The position numbers were made by a program, and so were the translations under genes. From Phoronis australis (taxonomy: Eukaryota; Animalia; Phoronida), in NCBI GenBank assembly GCA_002633005.1, contig NMRA01000072.1, positions 981,957-1,045,956 on the forward strand: a stretch of 64,000 bases of DNA, given 5' to 3'. Of the stretch, positions 37,801 through 50,899 are shown one piece after another. The number at the start of each line of letters is the position of its first letter. Position 1 is the stretch's first letter. The notes under the pieces are model-generated. The model searched no databases. It saw only the letters and a program-made list of their open reading frames with translations, and was not told where the DNA came from.

Positions 37801-40800
37801 ACTTGGTCCTAGATGAGATGAGAAGAGACGTGGGTTCTACGCTTGGAAAAGGTAAAATATTGTGACAAAAGACGGGTTTATTACGACTTTAAATAAAAAT
37901 AATTCAATTTGAACTCGCACTTTCACTTTGATGCATATATCTAAACCTGATAAACTTCTGTGTCTTCCTTCAAAGAAACTTTTGGTAAAGACAACATGCT
38001 GCTAAAATAGGTCACAATTCAAGGATTTCTTGCTTGGGAAAGCACTGACAGTTAACTGTCACTTGAGATCCGTGAAAAAATCCAGCCAGGTCCAGCAACC
38101 TTGTTAAGCCTCATTTCAAGTAATATGAAACTGTAAGTAATTCCCAAGCCCAGGTATCACAGAGGTCAATTCCACAATGTTAAAGGGCTTAAATATTAAT
38201 CAAGTTTCTGTCTGAAGGTGGGTTTATGGAACCTTTATACAAACAAATTTCAGCTGCCATGTTCACTGGTGCAAAGTCACATTGAAATAGCATTATTCAT
38301 GAGTGTATTTTTACTAAAACGGTATGCGCTAAATTTCATTTTAAGAAGTTTTTAACTAAAATGAAGCACAGGGTCTGTGAAATGCCTCACATACACCCAC
38401 ATACCTTCTACCCAGCATCCAAATGCCGCCAGTGTGAGAACTGAACAGACAAAAGTCTCCATGACTCCAAACACCGGGAAATTTGCTGAAGTAAGCTTTC
38501 TTGTACTTGCTGCCATCTGGGTCATTCCAGAAGTGGGTTGGCATGGAGGGAAACGGTTTAGTACAAACGAGCTCGCCACTCTCACCGACAACAGGGTTAC
38601 CTGTAGGCAGGTGGAGCAAGGAATATGATTGAGTCACATGTGGACGAACAAGGCTAATGTTAAACAAGCAACATAGATAAACATTATGATTCATCTAGAG
38701 CACAGGGTATAATCTCTGAATTGAAAGAAAAATCAATTGGAAAACCGACAAATTGCCAGACATGCTTACAGATTTGTAGTCAAATTGGTAAAGTTTCGAG
38801 TCTGAGTCTGAAATGAGTTCGGAGACTTCATCCTGGGACCAGGTGAAGTACACGATGCAAAAGTAAATCTTGCAGAAGCTTCTGGAAACTTGCTTGAGTA
38901 TTGTTCCTGGTGTTCCAACTGGAAGATAAGACTTTTTGCCCAGTTTTTATTTTCTTTGCAATGTTCCTAACTCAGATGTAATGCTCTGTAGCTTCTAGGT
39001 TTCTTCCTAACATCCATTGCATTTTTGTGTTATGCAATAAAACTATGAACATCACCAAACTCAAAATTTTCTTACCGCCTTCATCCCAAGCCTCAATTGC
39101 CATGCCAAGATTTCTGTTCTGAATTTCACCTCGGTAGACGGGGATAGTCCAGTTTTGACCAGCAAAACAGGAAATCAAGTCCGTTCCTCCTGAAAAGTAT
39201 GATCAACACCAACCATTACGTTGTAAACTTGTGACTATGATTTGTAATAATTTTCTCTCAAAAGAATGACATAGTAAATTTTGGCATCTTATAAATATGC
39301 TCCTGGACTCCAAACCAAAAAGTGCAATTCAAGATAAGTTTCCAAACAAATGACAACCTTGCTAATAGCTTTACAGTGATTAGCAAAGAGCTTTTATGCA
39401 ATTCCTATGGTGTGAATCGAGGGAGAAAATTGCACCTGAACATAACGAAGGAAAGTGACTGACCAGTTCTAATAATTGTCTGAATGTACTAATGTGAGAC
39501 AGAAAACTAATCTGGAACCATGCAATAGCTAAAGAAATAATACGGACCAAGTTGCTATGGAGAACTCTAAAGTAATTAATGTATAAGTAAGAATTTGAAA
39601 TCATCTTACACGTGGCCTGGAGTTAAGTCTGAAAAGGTCTCTGTTCCCATCATGGCTCAAACACAAGACTTTCTGCTTACCATGCAAACACTCTAGTCCA
39701 GGTGAGCTATTGAAATCACTGGTCGATTACAAAATCCAATCAGACCTATAGAAGGAATCTTACCCAAACTTGGGAGTGCATATACAAGTATATACTTGTG
39801 CTGTTGTAAATCAGCATGCTGATATGGTCTCCCTGCAAGTCACATGCTGGTCACATGACACGACTTACAGTTAAGTCTGAAATGATCTCAGTGGACTAGA
39901 GCAGACAGTCCCAGGTTCAAGCCCCCGTCGGGACAGAGATCTTTCAGCCTCAACTCTAACTTACACGATGTGACCAACATATGCTGAGTAAGAAGACTCA
40001 TAATTCTTACTTATACAATATGAACGCTCTGAGATAGAATGGCACAGTTATACTAAGTCATTAATGGTTTACCTGTGATTGACCCCAACAGTAAGTTGTC
40101 TTTGATGTCTCTGTAAACATAGTCGTACGTTTGTGGTTTGAGAGGAGATCCCGTTGACAAGATGGTGTGTAATGAGGACAAATTGTGCGAGGACTCTGGA
40201 TAAAAAGGAATAACAAACAAGAAGATTAATTTAAATAAGCAGTAGTAATTAAAACTTTTCTGCAGAGAAATTTATTAAAAAACTTTAAATTCATTACGTT
40301 CATTATGCATTTTGCCATCAAATTTCACTTTGCCTCGGAACAGTCTCACGCCAAAACATGAAAATTTCTCCACATTAAAAATGACTTACCTCCTTTCTTT
40401 AAATCTATAAAATAGCTATCCATGAGAACCATAAACAACTAAATCGTTTAATACAAATATGTGTAAGACATGGACTTAAAAGCTTGCAAACCTTTATGAG
40501 TTGCTACTAATAATTTTCTCACATTGCTCACGGTGCCATGGAGACTGAAATCCATCAAAAAACATCTTTTTATAACCAAATCACTACTATTTGGAATGGA
40601 ACTTGGGACTGTCATGTCTTAAAGCCCTACGGTTGACCTTGTAATAGCAATGATTCCAAATGTGTACTCACTAGGCTTAACTCCTTTATCCTCTAACACT
40701 GCTAGCCACTTAGCACCAGTTCCAAGAACAGTGATGCTGGAAAAAAATAATCATGGTCAATTTGATACACTGGATCAATTAAACTGAGGAGCAGACAGTG

Positions 40801-43800
40801 TAGCTCAGTGGTTTGAGCTCAGGGCTCCCGTTTGGAAGGCCCGGGTTCAAATCCTGGCTTCACTGGCAGACAATGAAGCATTGCACAAAAGTGTCTCCTA
40901 CTCCTCTGAGCTCGGACTTACAACTGAGTGAATGAATGTATGCAAGGGAATGGTTTGCCAATTATTAAATTGCCGGTGATAATAGCCACCAGCTAATGTT
41001 CTATGTTTACTTTGAAAACTGACAATCAACTATTTTAAAAAAAATGAATTTCCTGTTAATATTTAGTTGTCAAAAACGAAAAATGAATTGCATTAAAATC
41101 TCACCAATTTAGGACACACTATGGCTGACAAATGAAATTTTACTTATTCATGAAAGATAAGTAATACCAAACAAATGCTATATCAAATTTAAAGAACGAT
41201 ACCATAGGTACCATCAGACAATGATTCTGAGACATTGTAGACATTCACAACAGTGTTAGAAGTTTTTGAAAACCGAAAAGACCAATTTTGACAATTATTT
41301 TTGTCTAAAATTGGTGAGATTTTTTCTGTAAGCCACTTAATAACCTCATACAGTCTGTCTCATAATATTCCTTATCATGATAGGATTCGATTTTCGTTAC
41401 CAATGAAAAAAAATCAATTCAAGAAAACGCTTCAGTATTTATTGAGGTCGGCAAACCCTATAAATGTAAATTCAAAAATGGCCAATGTACGCATTGCCTG
41501 TGACTTTGAGTTGTCCGATCACTTGACAACAATGTTTTAAACACCAAAGCACTTTAAGAATTCAACATTGATAGCTAAACTTTAGCAAAGTGGCCCTTTA
41601 ATAAAAAAATTGTTGCAAATAAATACGGTCTATTGTAGCTGTTTCAAAATCCGTTTTGTATACTGTCAAACTTTGGTTACCATGAGAACAATAAATGAGA
41701 CAAAACACAAAAAATTGGTTTCAAGAAACCATTGAGCAATTACCACTTTAAATAAATCTTAAAATAGGCTAATATCATTTAAACTGCATTTTTATCACAC
41801 AAAAGTGTTGACGCAAGTGTTACTTGGATTAAAAATGATTTCAGGGCTTGAGAAGAATTGAAAAATCGCTATTGGTTCAGACCAGGCTCATGACATTCGC
41901 TTGTCACGATGGGTGAATTTCAGCTGCCAAAGGAGTATGGGTAATGTAAGGCATTTTATTGGAACCAATTTCAATTCAAGCAAAAAATAGGAATACAACG
42001 ATGCAAACCCATGAACCTGGTGAAGAAAGTGACTTAAAATTTAAGACAGAAATTTGATATTATGATCCTGCTTCATAAAAGCTGAAAAAAATTAGCCAAG
42101 TAATCAGGAGCACATCATAGTCTAGAAATAATTTATAAAAATTGTCTTGATAATTAGCAGTTATGTGTATATTTTCAAGTGAGGTTTAATTATTTTTCAA
42201 AAATAGTTATGTGGACCGTAGGACCCAATTTTTGCCTTAAATTTTAAGTCACTTTCATGAAACGGGCCCTAGAACATGGTTTGCTTTCACTGTAAAAAGT
42301 TTTGTGATTTCTTGAACAAAATGAAACAGCATAGTATCTTTAATGTTTGATATTTCATCACCTTACCCCACTTCATCAATGAGATCCCATAATACATTGG
42401 GCGTTGGCACAAGTGGTGATCCATCAAACAATACAACAGCTGCACCCACAGCAAGAGCAGACACCATCCAATTCCACATCATCCAGCCTGTCTAAATAAA
42501 TCACAATGTTTAAATCTTCGTGCAAGACCTAAAGCAGTAATATGGCTTACAACGATGTTAATTGATATGTCAGTTATCATGAACTGCCCAACTGTTCTCA
42601 TCACAGAATCATGTCTAAAGCATTTTTGTTATAATGTTAAATTATATTCCAACAATGTGGAAAGACATTTAATAAAGTACTGTTACAGTTTGTGTTTTCG
42701 CATTGAAAGCTACTTTCGTGACACCAAAGGCATTTGCTAACAGCAAGCCTTTACCCCAACCTAAATCATATCTTTTGTACACTGGCTGGTAATTGTGAAT
42801 GGTCCCTAAGTACCATATATGGAAACACCTGTACTTACTGTTGTATAATATAGAAGTATGTCTTCCTTGGTCATGTTTCCATGTAACATATGTTCCTTGA
42901 GGTGTTGAAGCAATGTGCCCTGGAGTAAAATAACTTCATGCAGTTGACACTGGAGACACCGTCAATTTTGATTTCACTGCCAACTTTCTGCTGACCCATT
43001 TCAGTAGGAAATTAAGATTTGTGAACTTGGTTTGAAACAGGATATTGATTCACAAATTTTACACTTTTATATTCTGGACAGTGTTCTGTAGACCAAGTTT
43101 TTTTGCGTGAAAAGGGAGATCATGCAAAATCGCGAGAGTAAAAGGCAAGTGTTTCTCAAGTACGAGACCTTACTAACGTGACCTAGCAAAATGGTGGGCA
43201 TTGAAGTATATTGGCTGATTAGGTTGAAATGTTGAACAAGATGACGGAATTCATGAATTATGGGATGTGGAGACTTATCACCACAACTGCAAGACTAATG
43301 TACTGGGTCTACCGAACACAATCCAGATTATCAACATTTCTTTTCATAGCATGAACAAAACTATGATGTACAATCTACTCACCCCTGCAGAGTGAACCAT
43401 ACACTTAGGAATGCCTGTAGTGCCAGAAGAGTACATTATGAACAAGGGGTGGTTGAATGGGACCTGCTCATACACGAGATCAGGTACGAGTCCATTTTCC
43501 TCCCCAAGTTTCAGAAACTCTTCTAAGTAACAGCTGAAACATTAAGTTAGAGTAAATGTTCAATAACGTTATAAGGTACTAAGTCCAAGGAAGTGTTAAC
43601 TTTGTTATTTTGCCACGAAAACAGTTTCCAAAAAGTAGTTTTATGGTCACTGGTGGGTTTACCATGTTGCAAAGGGGCAAACCATAATTTTGGAAGGAAA
43701 CTGTTCTTGGTGCCCCCCCAAAAAAAACAGCATGCAGCTGCGTTTTTTTGGCTCTATTTGGTAAAATCTGGAGGGGGGGCAGCTGCAGAAAAAAATTCTA

Positions 43801-46800
43801 AGAATGAAGAGGAGTTTTCTTAAACATTCATTTCAGTTGAGATATTTGACGAAGTATAATTTCATCCTTCTGCCATACTATGTGTCAAAAAGGTGAACAA
43901 TTACCATGATAGTGCTATGGTTGTTAATCACATACCTGTTCTTAATTTCCGACAAGTCCAACTTATCTGTGTTTGTGTACTGAATGATAACGACCTTCTG
44001 CAAATCAGGCAAACCTATAATGAATTGCGAAATGAATTTCAATTTTATTTTTTACAATCAACCACACTTAAACCTATGCAATCTAAATACATAAACAGTT
44101 TTAATGTTGATGAATTAACATTAGTCAGTCGCAATTATTTTTCTTGACTAAGGAGAAGCCTTCAATGTTTACATTATTGACACCAACAGAATATTACCTT
44201 CAACAACTTTGGTCACCTTTTCGAAGTGATTGTGCGTTTTGCCGTTATATATCACAGCATCCACTGAAAAGATCAGCTTTGGCTGAATTTGTGAGAATCT
44301 GTCCAGTACACCCTGTAGTGAAACGAAGAAAAACGTATTATTGCTAATGCTTGTAATGTTGTAATGTTGTAAGAGCTCTTAGTTATAAGAAAATGGTGGA
44401 AGCTTACATTTTATAAACAAGGGTCAAAATGATCCTAATTGGAAATCAAGAGGAAAAAATTCAAGGCAAGGGCACCTATGATAAATTTCCTCATGCAATC
44501 CTCATAACAGAAGGAACACTCAAAAGTGAAACAGGACTCACTGAGGTTCCAAAATCTGGCGAGGTCGAGCTCCACACTGCACCAATACTGGCTGTGGCCA
44601 ACATGGCTTCTACTGCGTCAAATGAGTTAGGGATGTACCCTACCACCCTGTCACCTTTGGACACACCCATTTTCCGCATGGCTGCTGCATATTTGGCTAC
44701 GGTCCGACGCAGTTCACCGAATGTTTTGCTTCTCAACTTCCTACCTTCACCTGTTTTTGAACAATAAATAGAAGTATTAAGACTCATTGTGCTTGAAGAT
44801 GGATTATTCATTTTTAATAGATAACATAGCAATTTTTTTTGTACGACGTAAAATGTGAAATTGTACTAGCAGTGTATGCCGATCCAGAGTGACTGATGAC
44901 CACCCCTGCTTAGTTACTTCATCACTACTTTTGTAGAGCGATTTCAAGTGCCCCCTCAGCTTATTCATTGTCAGACCCCTGATCAAGACCCTTCGTCTGC
45001 CCCTCCAGGTCAAAAAAGCATAACTGGTTCTCGTGTCTGTTTAGTTTGAAAATCAAGTCAGTAGTGTTTTTTAGTGGCTCACTTTTTCAAAAAAAAAGAA
45101 AAACCCACGAAGGAGCAAAAATGATACGGTATTTGCTTTTTTACACATTGCTTGACAAATCATGGCGGTTCAAGACCTGCTTACCCTTGTTTGCATACCT
45201 TTGTGCAGCTTTTCAAAAAAGATGAAACCCTGGGTGAAATTGATACGCGATAACTTTGAATGCTTTTTCAGGTCTGGTGAGCGCATGTCTCAAAATGAGT
45301 GGTGGTACAGACTAGAACCAACTTTGTTTTTTTGGGTCTCATATTTAACATTTAATTTTCCAAACTGTTGAGGTACATAAAAGGCTGTTCATAATGCAAC
45401 TTTGTTGAGATAAACTGCCCATAGTAGCCTGCATGCCTACTTAGGACGTCGTGATAAATTGGCCATAGTAGCCTGCACGCNNNNNNNNNNNNNNNNNNNN
45501 NNNNNNNNNNNNNNNNNNNNNNNNNNNNNNNNNNNNNNNNNNNNNNNNNNNNNNNNNNNNNNNNNNNNNNNNNNNNNNNNNNNNNNNNNNNNNNNNNNNN
45601 NNNNNNNNNNNNNNNNNNNNNNNNNNNNNNNNNNNNNNNNNNNNNNNNNNNNNNNNNNNNNNNNNNNNNNNNNNNNNNNNNNNNNNNNNNNNNNNNNNNN
45701 NNNNNNNNNNNNNNNNNNNNNNNNNNNNNNNNNNNNNNNNNNNNNNNNNNNNNNNNNNNNNNNNNNNNNNNNNNNNNNNNNNNNNNNNNNNNNNNNNNNN
45801 NNNNNNNNNNNNNNNNNNNNNNNNNNTGATAAGAATTAAAAGTTCTAACAATATGAATGTAACTGGATTTGGTTTGTTGATCAGTATTTCACACGTCATG
45901 ATGGATGCGTTCACCATTGTGGTACATAAATGACGCGCGAGTCGTGATGCAGGACAAAAGACTGCGCGAACGCTTAACAATGGACTAAATTGATGTCTGG
46001 ATTTGGAAACTACTGTCATCTAGACTTAAAACTAAAACTAGAGATATTTGCAATGTTTTGTATGCGTTCGAAAATGTCAAAAGTTATAGACGATCTTTAA
46101 ATAACTATCCAAAAATAGTGCTATCGTCCCATTGGTACATACCGGCAGCATAGAGAGCTACTTTGTCCTCCTTGTGTTCCAACAGATTTTCTGCATAATT
46201 CATCCTACAGCCGTGAAACCACTCCGGCACTTCAGATATGTTTTTCTTTGTGTCTACAACCTGCAATAACCAATTTTAGAGTGACGAACAAAAACAAAGG
46301 TTACTGATGAGTCACAAAAACTGTCGGTAACATGAGTTAGGATCGCAGCAGACTTGTAATAATGGCACCAATTTTTTACTTTTTCAAAAACCATAGTGTA
46401 AGTAACTTAACACAACTCATTAATTTATTAGCCACTTCTTCCATTATAGAAAATCAGCTTGAAATTCATATTCAGTTGACTTGACCACTGAACCCCAGCA
46501 CAGGGCTTGACAATAACAGTAGCCAGAGAGCTGGTAACTTTTGCTGTTTAGAAAGTGAAACTTTGAAGCAGCCCAATGGGCTACTTGCAGCTTACTTGAA
46601 CAGTGAATTTGTATATCCAGATGAAATGGCATTCTTGCAAATGTTTAGGTGATTTTTGACTTGAAAATTTTACAATTCAATAATTTGGGCAAGCAATTTT
46701 TTCCTTCAGGCAAGTGAAATTTTTGGTTTACTTCCCAAACAGGCAAGTTAACACAAAAGTTAGTGTCAACCCTGCAGTGCACGAACACTTTAAAAATTGT

Positions 46801-49800
46801 TATCACTGAAGTACGGCACGAAGAGCAAGCTTAGACATGAAAAGAATTTTGCTAAAAATAATTGATGACACGATACCTTATCAAAGGGCTGAGAATAGAT
46901 AAAGCTAGAGAAGTCGAAAAAATGTTCCCAGAAGTCAGAGTAGTTTTCACAAGACCAGCTGCACAGCTCAGCATATTTTTCTGAAATAGAACAGAACAAC
47001 ACAAGCTTGAGTATGGATAAATTAACGCCTCTCAGTTTTTGTTCACACACCAATGCTGTGACGTGGCTGGCATAAATGTTATAAATCTTAGGTTTACCAG
47101 GGATATGAATAGTTCCAGAGCAAAATGCAGAGAATAATCAATTATTAAAAATTACTGATACCATAGAAAGATTAAAGGGAGTAATGCCCTTTTGAAGGTG
47201 TAAATGGTCAATTTGTGGTGTATTCTACCTATTATATATCAATGTTGTATTTTAACCTTTTAGAGAAAGTAGAATACAGTAAATTGACCAAAAAGCCCTC
47301 AAACAGATAAGATTCCCCTTTATAAGACACCAGTAAACAACATCTGGTAAGAAAACAAACAACTGTTATGCTAATTCATCACCTATTTAGCTCACAACAT
47401 GGCAGACGAGTGAAATTTTATTTAATCGAATGTCAAGTTTGGTAATTATTTTTGAGCAGAATTACTGCACGAATAATTTAGCATAGCAATTCATTTAGCA
47501 CAGATTAGTGGATCGTTAACTTCGTCAAATTTCTCAATAAAAAGGAAAAATTAAGAAAAGAAAATGTTATCGTGTTGGAATGGTTTGCATCAAATGCCTA
47601 AATAAAAAGGGTGAAAAAAGAGGTACACCTAAAAATTTTAAAAGTGACACTGGGAAATTAGACTACTCACACTTTAAAAGACAGTACAATAAAAAACTCG
47701 CTCATTTTAGAGAGTTCATACAAATAAAAGGGACTTATTGGTAAGTATCTTCTACAAAAATTAACATTTAAACCTTTGCCAAGATTTTAAGGTTATGTAG
47801 GACCCTAGAAAAATGTCGAAATTTGGCTAACTTCAGAACATCATATCTCAGAAATGGTTGATCGGATTCATGACACTTCACTGGATACATGCTTTAAACC
47901 CTATTACCCAAAACTGCTAGGATTTGTTTTTAAAATGTGTCATTTATGAACTTTTCAAAACTCTTCCAGACAAAAGATTTTGTCAAATATTTGATCAATT
48001 TTAATAGAAGCAAAGTGCATTCCTTTTTCAATTCTTTGTTTATATATTTAAATATGCACCCCCACCACTTACATAGGAAAATATTTTGCAATAAACTTTG
48101 CATCCTGGACACTACGCTGGCCAGTCAAATTTTCCAAAGAATTCGGAGTCAATCAGGGTTTTTAAGTCGAACTTTAATTTACTTTTTCCTATAAATTAAA
48201 CATACGTACGACTAAAGCACAATAAAATGTAAATGCGTCAGTTAACAGGTTTGTGACTTCAGTGTGCAAGCTCAAGAGGCTCTGGGTTCGGTTGCATAAA
48301 ACAGGATCAAGACTTATTTGAGATTACCAGTAGGACTCTTAATCACATTTTCTGCAACTTGGCCAAATGCTTCATCAGTACTTTTTCAAAGTGTAAAACT
48401 TATTAAACTAAAAAAATAAAATAAAAGTACTTGAATGAGTTAAAAATAAGAATTCCTGTTTATGCAAGTGGCCCAAGGCGCGAGGATTTTTTCTGCATAC
48501 ATCCATGCTACTATAATAAACAAATAAACATAGGAGGGCCTAAAAATTTTATAATCTGTGAACCTTCCAGTCGTGGACGTGAAAGTTTCAAATAAATACT
48601 ACTAAATAATTAGTCATTTCATTTACTTTGTACATTTTTCATGTTATATTATCACATCCCAGCAAAAAAGTCAACCAAAACCTTAGCATAGCAGCGCAAT
48701 ACTGTACATGAGCATTCACATTTGCAGACATGACGGCGCGACCGCGGTTGTTCACATGTGGTGCCCAGAACACCTGTAAGACAATAGCACCTGCTACATG
48801 AAAAATCCTAACGCATTTTGTACAACCGGTAGTTAATCTATTGTCATATGCTCCTGGAAGGTGTCATGCTCCTGAATGGTTACGTGCTCCTGGCATGGTT
48901 AACTTTTTTCTGGCACATGACTTGGTCCTGGCATGGCCAGTATGAAATATTTCAAACGAGTTATTTGTATGTGTGTACATAATAAATTTAGGAAAGCGCC
49001 TCACAACATTCAATTGGCGCACAAATACTGTCATTGACACACTGTGATTGCTTAGCTTAGGTCAAAAGGCCCATTAAAATTAGAAGAAAAAGTTTTTAAA
49101 ATGATCCCTGAAAGAGTATAAAAATTTTTTGGTGCATGTATTACTTACAATATGAAGTGAAAGTATTTTGTTGGTTCTGGATAGTTACTTTTGGTCTTGT
49201 AAAGTGAAAATATATGGACTTTTTTCAATTCTTGAATAGAAAAACTGTTATGGATTTTTTCCGTAATGGCTTTCCATAATTACCGAAGTAGTATTCATAA
49301 GCAGAAACCAAACACCTCCAATAGTCTACATGCAGCTAGCTAGTTGGTTGGCCAGTTGGCTGGCTGGCTAGCTAGCTGAGTAGGCCTACCCTCCCAGGCG
49401 TCGCTCATCCTTGATCGATCTCCGACGCATCACACGCCTCACACGGAGTACAGAAAAAAATCGAAGAAATTGCGGGAAAATCTTGAGAGCTCCCCATTCC
49501 CAACATTGACGGGTCGGAAACTCAGAACTGCAACCCTTCTCTCGCGACACACTACTGACACTTACAGCCAACACCGCGGAAGGCACTCATACAGCTGACC
49601 CTATCGCTGGTGGTCTCTTATTCCCGCGCTCATCTCATACCCGAGGCCATGTTGCCTACACAGTGAGAGACTGGGGTTTTCCCACTCACCTAATTTCAAC
49701 CCAAACCTTTCATTGATTCGGGTTCTGAATTCATCCATCAAAGTTGTTTTGCTTGGATCGGGTTTCCACATTATGATGGACTCGCAACCATTTGTTTCAG

Positions 49801-49804
49801 TCAT
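31883..49804 (-). CDS. AACS: Acetoacetyl-CoA synthetase, 16 coding exons, 665 aa
   Basis: Exons 49804-49690, 46980-46877, 46260-46143, 44750-44542, 44312-44198, 44014-43936, 43533-43383, 42919-42839, 42491-42367, 40736-40672, 40195-40073, 39189-39076, 38600-38405, 37600-37542, 33024-32819, 32020-31883 (1998 nt, phases consistent). Motifs: [28 protein letters not shown]-binding [64 protein letters not shown]. Confidence 0.96.
33588..33870 (+). mobile_element. 5' end of a Kolobok-like element at a TTAA site, truncated by an N join
   Basis: TTAA (33584-33587) is followed by AGG. The homologous site in the other copy (TTAA 34867-34870) is empty. An ORF start ATG CCA CAC TGT TGC TGC (MPHCCC, THAP-like) lies at 33853-33870. 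Confidence 0.65.
33872..36720 (-). other. AACS: Second copy of AACS exons 13-15 (36700-36505, 35689-35631, 34308-34103), probably the alternative haplotype
   Basis: Bounded by single Ns (33871, 36721). The block equals 32593-33587 joined directly to 36722-38620. The exon differences I found are all synonymous. Confidence 0.85.
34895..35128. repeat. 23-bp AT-rich minisatellite; its counterpart at ~36745-36930 has fewer units
   Basis: Unit CACCATTTAATTCATTGTATATT. Confidence 0.9.
39885..39952 (+). mobile_element. tRNA-derived SINE remnant
   Basis: A-box-like CTCAGTGG-ACTAGAGC and B-box-like GGTTCAAGCCC; no cloverleaf. Confidence 0.45.
40795..40870 (+). mobile_element. tRNA-derived SINE head
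   Basis: A box TAGCTCAGTGG (40801-40811) and B box GGTTCAAATCC (~40844-40854); the acceptor stem does not pair. Confidence 0.65.
41097..41321. mobile_element. Small MITE-like inverted-repeat element
   Basis: AATCTCACCAATTTAGGACA pairs imperfectly with TGTCTAAAATTGGTGAGATT. The TTGGTGAAAT motif recurs at ~15705, 31645 and 32195. Confidence 0.45.
42018..42270. mobile_element. MITE with ~30-bp TIRs
   Basis: GAAAGTGACTTAAAATTTAAGACAGAAATT pairs with AATTTTTGCCTTAAATTTTAAGTCACTTTC. Confidence 0.65.
45481..45826. other. Assembly gap, preceded by a short tandem repeat
   Basis: Run of N; GATAAA..CCATAGTAGCCTGCA occurs twice at ~45409-45480. Confidence 1.
46501..46774. mobile_element. hAT-like MITE
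   Basis: CAGGGCTTGACAATAAC pairs imperfectly with GTTAGTGTCAACCCTG. Confidence 0.55.
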
Positions 49805-50469
49805 GTTTACAATTTAAATTAAAATTCTTTCAATCAAATGACAACTACTCGCCACCTGTGTTTTCGACCGGATAACGTGTAACCTGACCGCCTTGCAACA
49901 CCGGGAAAAGATTGCAGAAAGGCGATGCAAAGTAGTTCGTCGACGAATGTAATTCAAAATCTTTAGATTGTGGTAAATGTTCAACAAAAACTTTAGGTTG
50001 ATGATTTAATTCAATATAAAGTGACTGATGATATGGTTAATGTACTAACTTGACCTATTTTGTAATGAAGCATGAATTTCCGTTTTGCCCATGAATATAT
50101 TGTTGACATGATTATTGTCATTTGATTGGTTAGAAATTGTCGCCTCAGTGACCTTATGACACTTGACAGGTCATGTCATCTGCCTTGAGTTCATTGACTC
50201 AAAAATTGTATGTTATATCAAGGAGTAGTAACTCAATGCTATGTGCACTACTTAGGTGATGATAACTGCTTCCTTATAATCCAACACTGTGGCCGGGACT
50301 GGGCGTTTGGGAGATGGTCGGAAAATTTGACTGTTCAATTAAAAAACCAAGGGCAAAGGTATGGCTGCCTGCAGTCACGGGGGGGGGGGGGGGNAACAAT
50401 AAACGGGGTTGCTCAGGGCCTATGCATTGTTTATTCACCTCCCGCCCCCCCCCGGGTTGCGCGCACATG

Positions 50470-50566
50470 CTAGTCAGCAATTCGCACCCGAACTGCCAAA
50501 TGGTATCTGTCAGAATTTTAGGGGGGCATGGCCCCCTTGCCCCTCCCCCCCTAAATCCGCAACTCA
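50470..50566 (-). mobile_element. Partial copy of the MITE family at 61909-62049
   Basis: TTCGCACCCGAACTGCCAAATG...AGAATTTTAGGGGGGCATGGCCCCCTTG...CTAAATCCGCAAC is the reverse complement of ~61909-62005. Confidence 0.7.
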
Positions 50567-50899
50567 GGGGTGCACACTGATATTTCGCTGTGGTTGCAAG
50601 TATGATCTACCAAGTATACATTTATTATGAATGCATACCATAGGTATGTCTTCACATTCGTATTTTAATACGTATTTTAATACGCCCTTAAAAGAGCCTG
50701 CATCACTAAACCCTTCACTACAAACGAATAGCCAGTCCATGAAAGAAGAGCTTGGAATCGGTGGTACCGACTCAACTGCTGAGTTCAGATTCATCCCTGT
50801 CAACAGCCGGGCACACACTCCACTTGTCGCACTTACACTGATTAAAGTGGGGACCAGTTGTCCCCTGGCTCGTCTTCGCCCGGCTACGTCAATAATGCA

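Noticed and set aside
40795-40870. tRNA gene
   Set aside because: A and B boxes are present but the acceptor and anticodon stems do not form; treated as a SINE head.
49333-49378. CAGCTAGCTAG...CTAGCTAGCTG hairpin as a structured RNA
   Set aside because: Explained by a self-complementary (GCTA)n/(GGCT)n microsatellite.
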